The notes beneath the pieces were generated by a model, which was not told the origin of the DNA, ran no database searches, and saw only the letters and a list, made by a program, of their open reading frames with translations. A stretch of DNA of 36,364 nt from Octopus bimaculoides (Eukaryota), in contig NC_069003.1 of the NCBI RefSeq assembly GCF_001194135.2, positions 36,789,590 to 36,825,953 on the forward strand, given 5' to 3'. Made by a program: the position numbers and the translations under genes. Of the stretch, positions 33,792 to 36,364 are shown piece after piece. Position 1 is the first letter of the stretch. Each line of letters opens with the position of its first letter.

Positions 33792-35883
33792 GGGGGGAAT
33801 TGTGTCACTTGGGATCATGGACAATTCAGTCACTTACGGGTATTCATATTATCAAAATCAGTCCACAATGGTTATCAATAGTAACACTAACAGCAACCAC
33901 ACCACCACTTCCACCACCACCTCCACCACCACCACCAACAACAACAACAACAGCAACAACAACAACAACAACAACAATGGCAACAATAACAGTGAATCAA
34001 AGGACGACTTTTCTGATTGTGTCAGTTCTGGCGAAGACAGTATTCGCGATATTTCCGTACAAGGGGGAGACATGCATGGTTTCATTCCGTCAAGGAAACA
34101 GCGTGCTTTCACACCCGATAACCGAAAAGATCAATGTTATTGGGAAAAGCGACGCAAAAACAACGAAGCGGCCCGAAGGTCCCGTGAGAAACGAAGGTTA
34201 CACGACATGGCGCTCGAGAAACGCATTGTAGAGCTTTCCCGCGAGAGCTGCATCCTTCGAACCCAGCTCTATGCTGTCAAGAAGCGATACGGCATCCCTC
34301 GTGAGGAACCGATTATTTTGGACAACGAAGAGCAAGAAGTTCTTGATAAAGATCTTCAAGCTCTCAATGCAGCCAGTGCCAGCGCAGCTGCCGTAGTGTC
34401 GTCTCCAATGCCACCAAATGCAGTGTTAAACAGTCTGAAAATCCGGCGGGCGTCACCTGTTGGGTTGCCTTTAGTTTCATCGACTGGCTCCAACGCACCT
34501 GCCTCCGTTCCAAATGTAACCAATAGCAACAACAATGATACACGTAGTGTGATCTTCTCGTTACCAAACAACTCTGAAACCCTCTCAGGGAACACTTCAG
34601 CTCCTGCCACAATGTCAACAATTAAGGGTCACAAAAACAGCTTGGTTGCGACCACGTTGTCATCGATCCAGCACCAATATAACTTTGAACCGGCCCTCGC
34701 TGTGAAACAGGAACCGGTTGATGACTTTGAGAGCACAGTCCTAAACACTAGCGAAAGTCAAGGCTCGGTGGATTACCCATCGTCAGAAAGCTACACAACA
34801 TCTTCAGAGACATTTGAAACCACTACCTCAGCTCTGATGATGGGTAAAGACAATGCCGAGAACCATATAAACTCGGGCAAGAGCCTGGAGAGTTCTTGGT
34901 ATCATGGATCGAGAGAGCCCATAGATAATGGGAAATTAGTTCCAGCGGCAGGAGACCTTGAACAAAAACCTTTACAGCTTGTGGTGAAACGTCGTAAAGT
35001 GGAACCCGAACAGTTTGCTCATTCACAGGAACCCGTGGGGGAATATCATAAAAACAACAACACCGTCACAACCACCACCCCTAACAACAATAACAACCAC
35101 CTCCACCATCACCAACAGTCACAACAACAGCAACCACCACCACAACAAAAATCTCCAGTTATCTCTCCGATGGTGCCAAGCCCCCACAGCCTGAGCATCA
35201 GTGAGAGTCCCATCCTTCGAACATCCATCTCGACATTACCATTGAAACTACGTCATAAGGTTTCACTTCCTGACCACACCATGTCGTCAGTACAGTTGTC
35301 TTCTCCCACGGCCACAGTTACGTCATCACCTCTATCGTCATCATCATCATTTTCATCAGCATCTGCTTTCACTCAGAACGAGGCCCCAGCAACCCCTTCA
35401 ACCCTTCACAATGGTCTCACGCAGCTTTCCGAAATCGCTCTGTCCCATAGCAATCCATTACCTTTACTTAAGAAAGATGTCATAAATGGTGTCAACCTGC
35501 TATCAAGATGTAACGGGAGCAACAGCAGCAGCAGCAGCAGTAGCCTGGACGGCAACATGAACGATGCCAGTGACTTAGAAATGAAACCAAGCGAACACGA
35601 AATGCTCAGTCGCTTGGACCCGAAATATGTCGAACGCAGAAAGCGCAACAACGAGGCTGCTCGAAAGTGTCGTGAAAACAGGAAGGCATTGACGAAACTG
35701 CGAGAAGTGAAGTCGAGCTATCTGGAGTCCGAGAACGGCAAACTTCGTAACGAGATGAATGACCTGCAGGAAGAGGTGAAACAGCTGAGAGAACTGCTTG
35801 AGAAGAAACGGTTAGAGCAGGGTTTCAAGGGGAAATTGTCTGATGCTGCAGACGCTCATAATAGCATCACCATTAACACATAA
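33766..35883 (+). CDS. NFIL3: NFIL3/E4BP4/vrille-family bZIP transcription factor with a second, C-terminal PAR-like bZIP (705 aa from ATG 33766; 688 aa if the better-context ATG at 33817 is used)
   Basis: Uninterrupted 705-codon ORF. aa110-176 ([48 protein letters not shown]...KKRYG) follows the NFIL3/Vrille signature [42 protein letters not shown]. It also has the family motifs VKQEP and LPLKLRHK. An in-frame TGA at 33733-33735 lies downstream of the acceptor at 33675, so the CDS is confined to this exon, as in vertebrate NFIL3. ATG 33817 has strong context (ATCATGG); ATG 33766 has weak context (CGCATGA). Confidence 0.92.
   Translation: [705 protein letters not shown]
34093..34293 (+). other. 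bZIP domain 1 (NFIL3/Vrille type), aa110-176
   Basis: Basic region [20 protein letters not shown] with invariant N-x7-R; zipper d positions L, L, L, V; preceded by the [13 protein letters not shown] extension typical of PAR/NFIL3 proteins. Confidence 0.95.
35236..35259 (+). other. LPLKLRHK motif, matching the conserved LPHKLRxK motif of the NFIL3/Vrille repression region
   Basis: Translation of 35236-35259 is LPLKLRHK; comparison with the family motif is from memory of the family. Confidence 0.7.
35617..35811 (+). other. bZIP domain 2 (PAR-like spacing), aa618-682
   Basis: [23 protein letters not shown] basic region, then [27 protein letters not shown] with four heptad leucines and the a-position Asn. 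Spacing matches PAR proteins (FLEKENSALRQEVADL). Confidence 0.92.
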
Positions 35884-35939
35884 CAACAACAAATTCCCCC
35901 CCCCCAAAAAAAGAACGATAGTAATTATAAAAAAATAAT

Positions 35940-35945
35940 AATAAA
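35940..35945 (+). promoter_or_regulatory. Candidate polyadenylation signal AATAAA
   Basis: AATAAA 57 nt after the stop codon, but in an A-rich tract with no clear GU-rich downstream element; the 3'UTR may run past the window end. Confidence 0.25.
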
Positions 35946-36364
35946 AAGTTTAAACGAAAAACGAATTTATTAAAAGTAATTTAAGACTGACACACCTACA
36001 TCCAGGCACACATACACACCTACACATACCTGTAATTAATAAGGTCCAGCCTTGCTTTGCTGAATCAACCTTGGGGTTGTGTTAAGGGTACAGAGTGTCT
36101 GGGGAATATTCATTAATTACACATGGTCATTTTCATCAGCAGGAATTCAGTTGGTCAACAACTGGCTGAAGGAATGGTCACTCGTTCATCAAAACTGACA
36201 GAGAAAAACCTACTAAATACACACAGACGCATCCATCATTCCATACACATACACACACGCACGTGCGCGCGCGCGCGTCCACATCCATTCATGTACATTT
36301 TTGTAAACAGACATGACAAAAAAAAAAACAAGGACATTAATTTAAGGTTCTTTATTTTAAAGCA

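Noticed and set aside
33800-35651. Alternative-frame and antisense ORFs overlapping the bZIP CDS
   Set aside because: Shadow frames of a real CDS with low-complexity codons; no independent features.

Overview
Gappy, microsatellite-saturated, AT-rich animal genomic DNA with 12 N-gaps (about 4.1 kb). The repeat families and simple-repeat density suggest an octopus; this is inference, not a database result. The only protein-coding gene I can support is at the right end (33766-35883, +): a single-exon NFIL3/E4BP4/vrille-type transcription factor that carries TWO complete bZIP domains. The N-terminal one is NFIL3-type, the C-terminal one has PAR-like spacing, and about 440 aa of low-complexity linker separates them. 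Its exon begins at a splice acceptor (33675/33676) and carries a 26-codon upstream ORF. The ~33.6 kb upstream has no credible coding sequence apart from a dead RTE-clade LINE fragment. It holds several SINE and other dispersed-repeat families, a MITE nested in a SINE, and clock-type cis-elements: four perfect ROR/REV-ERB elements, one RevDR2, at least eight D-box cores (three clustered in 185 bp), CRE and AP-1 sites. All motif scanning was by eye, and all regulatory and exon calls outside the CDS are candidates only. Nearly all other ORFs in the supplied track are artefacts of microsatellites or N-runs.
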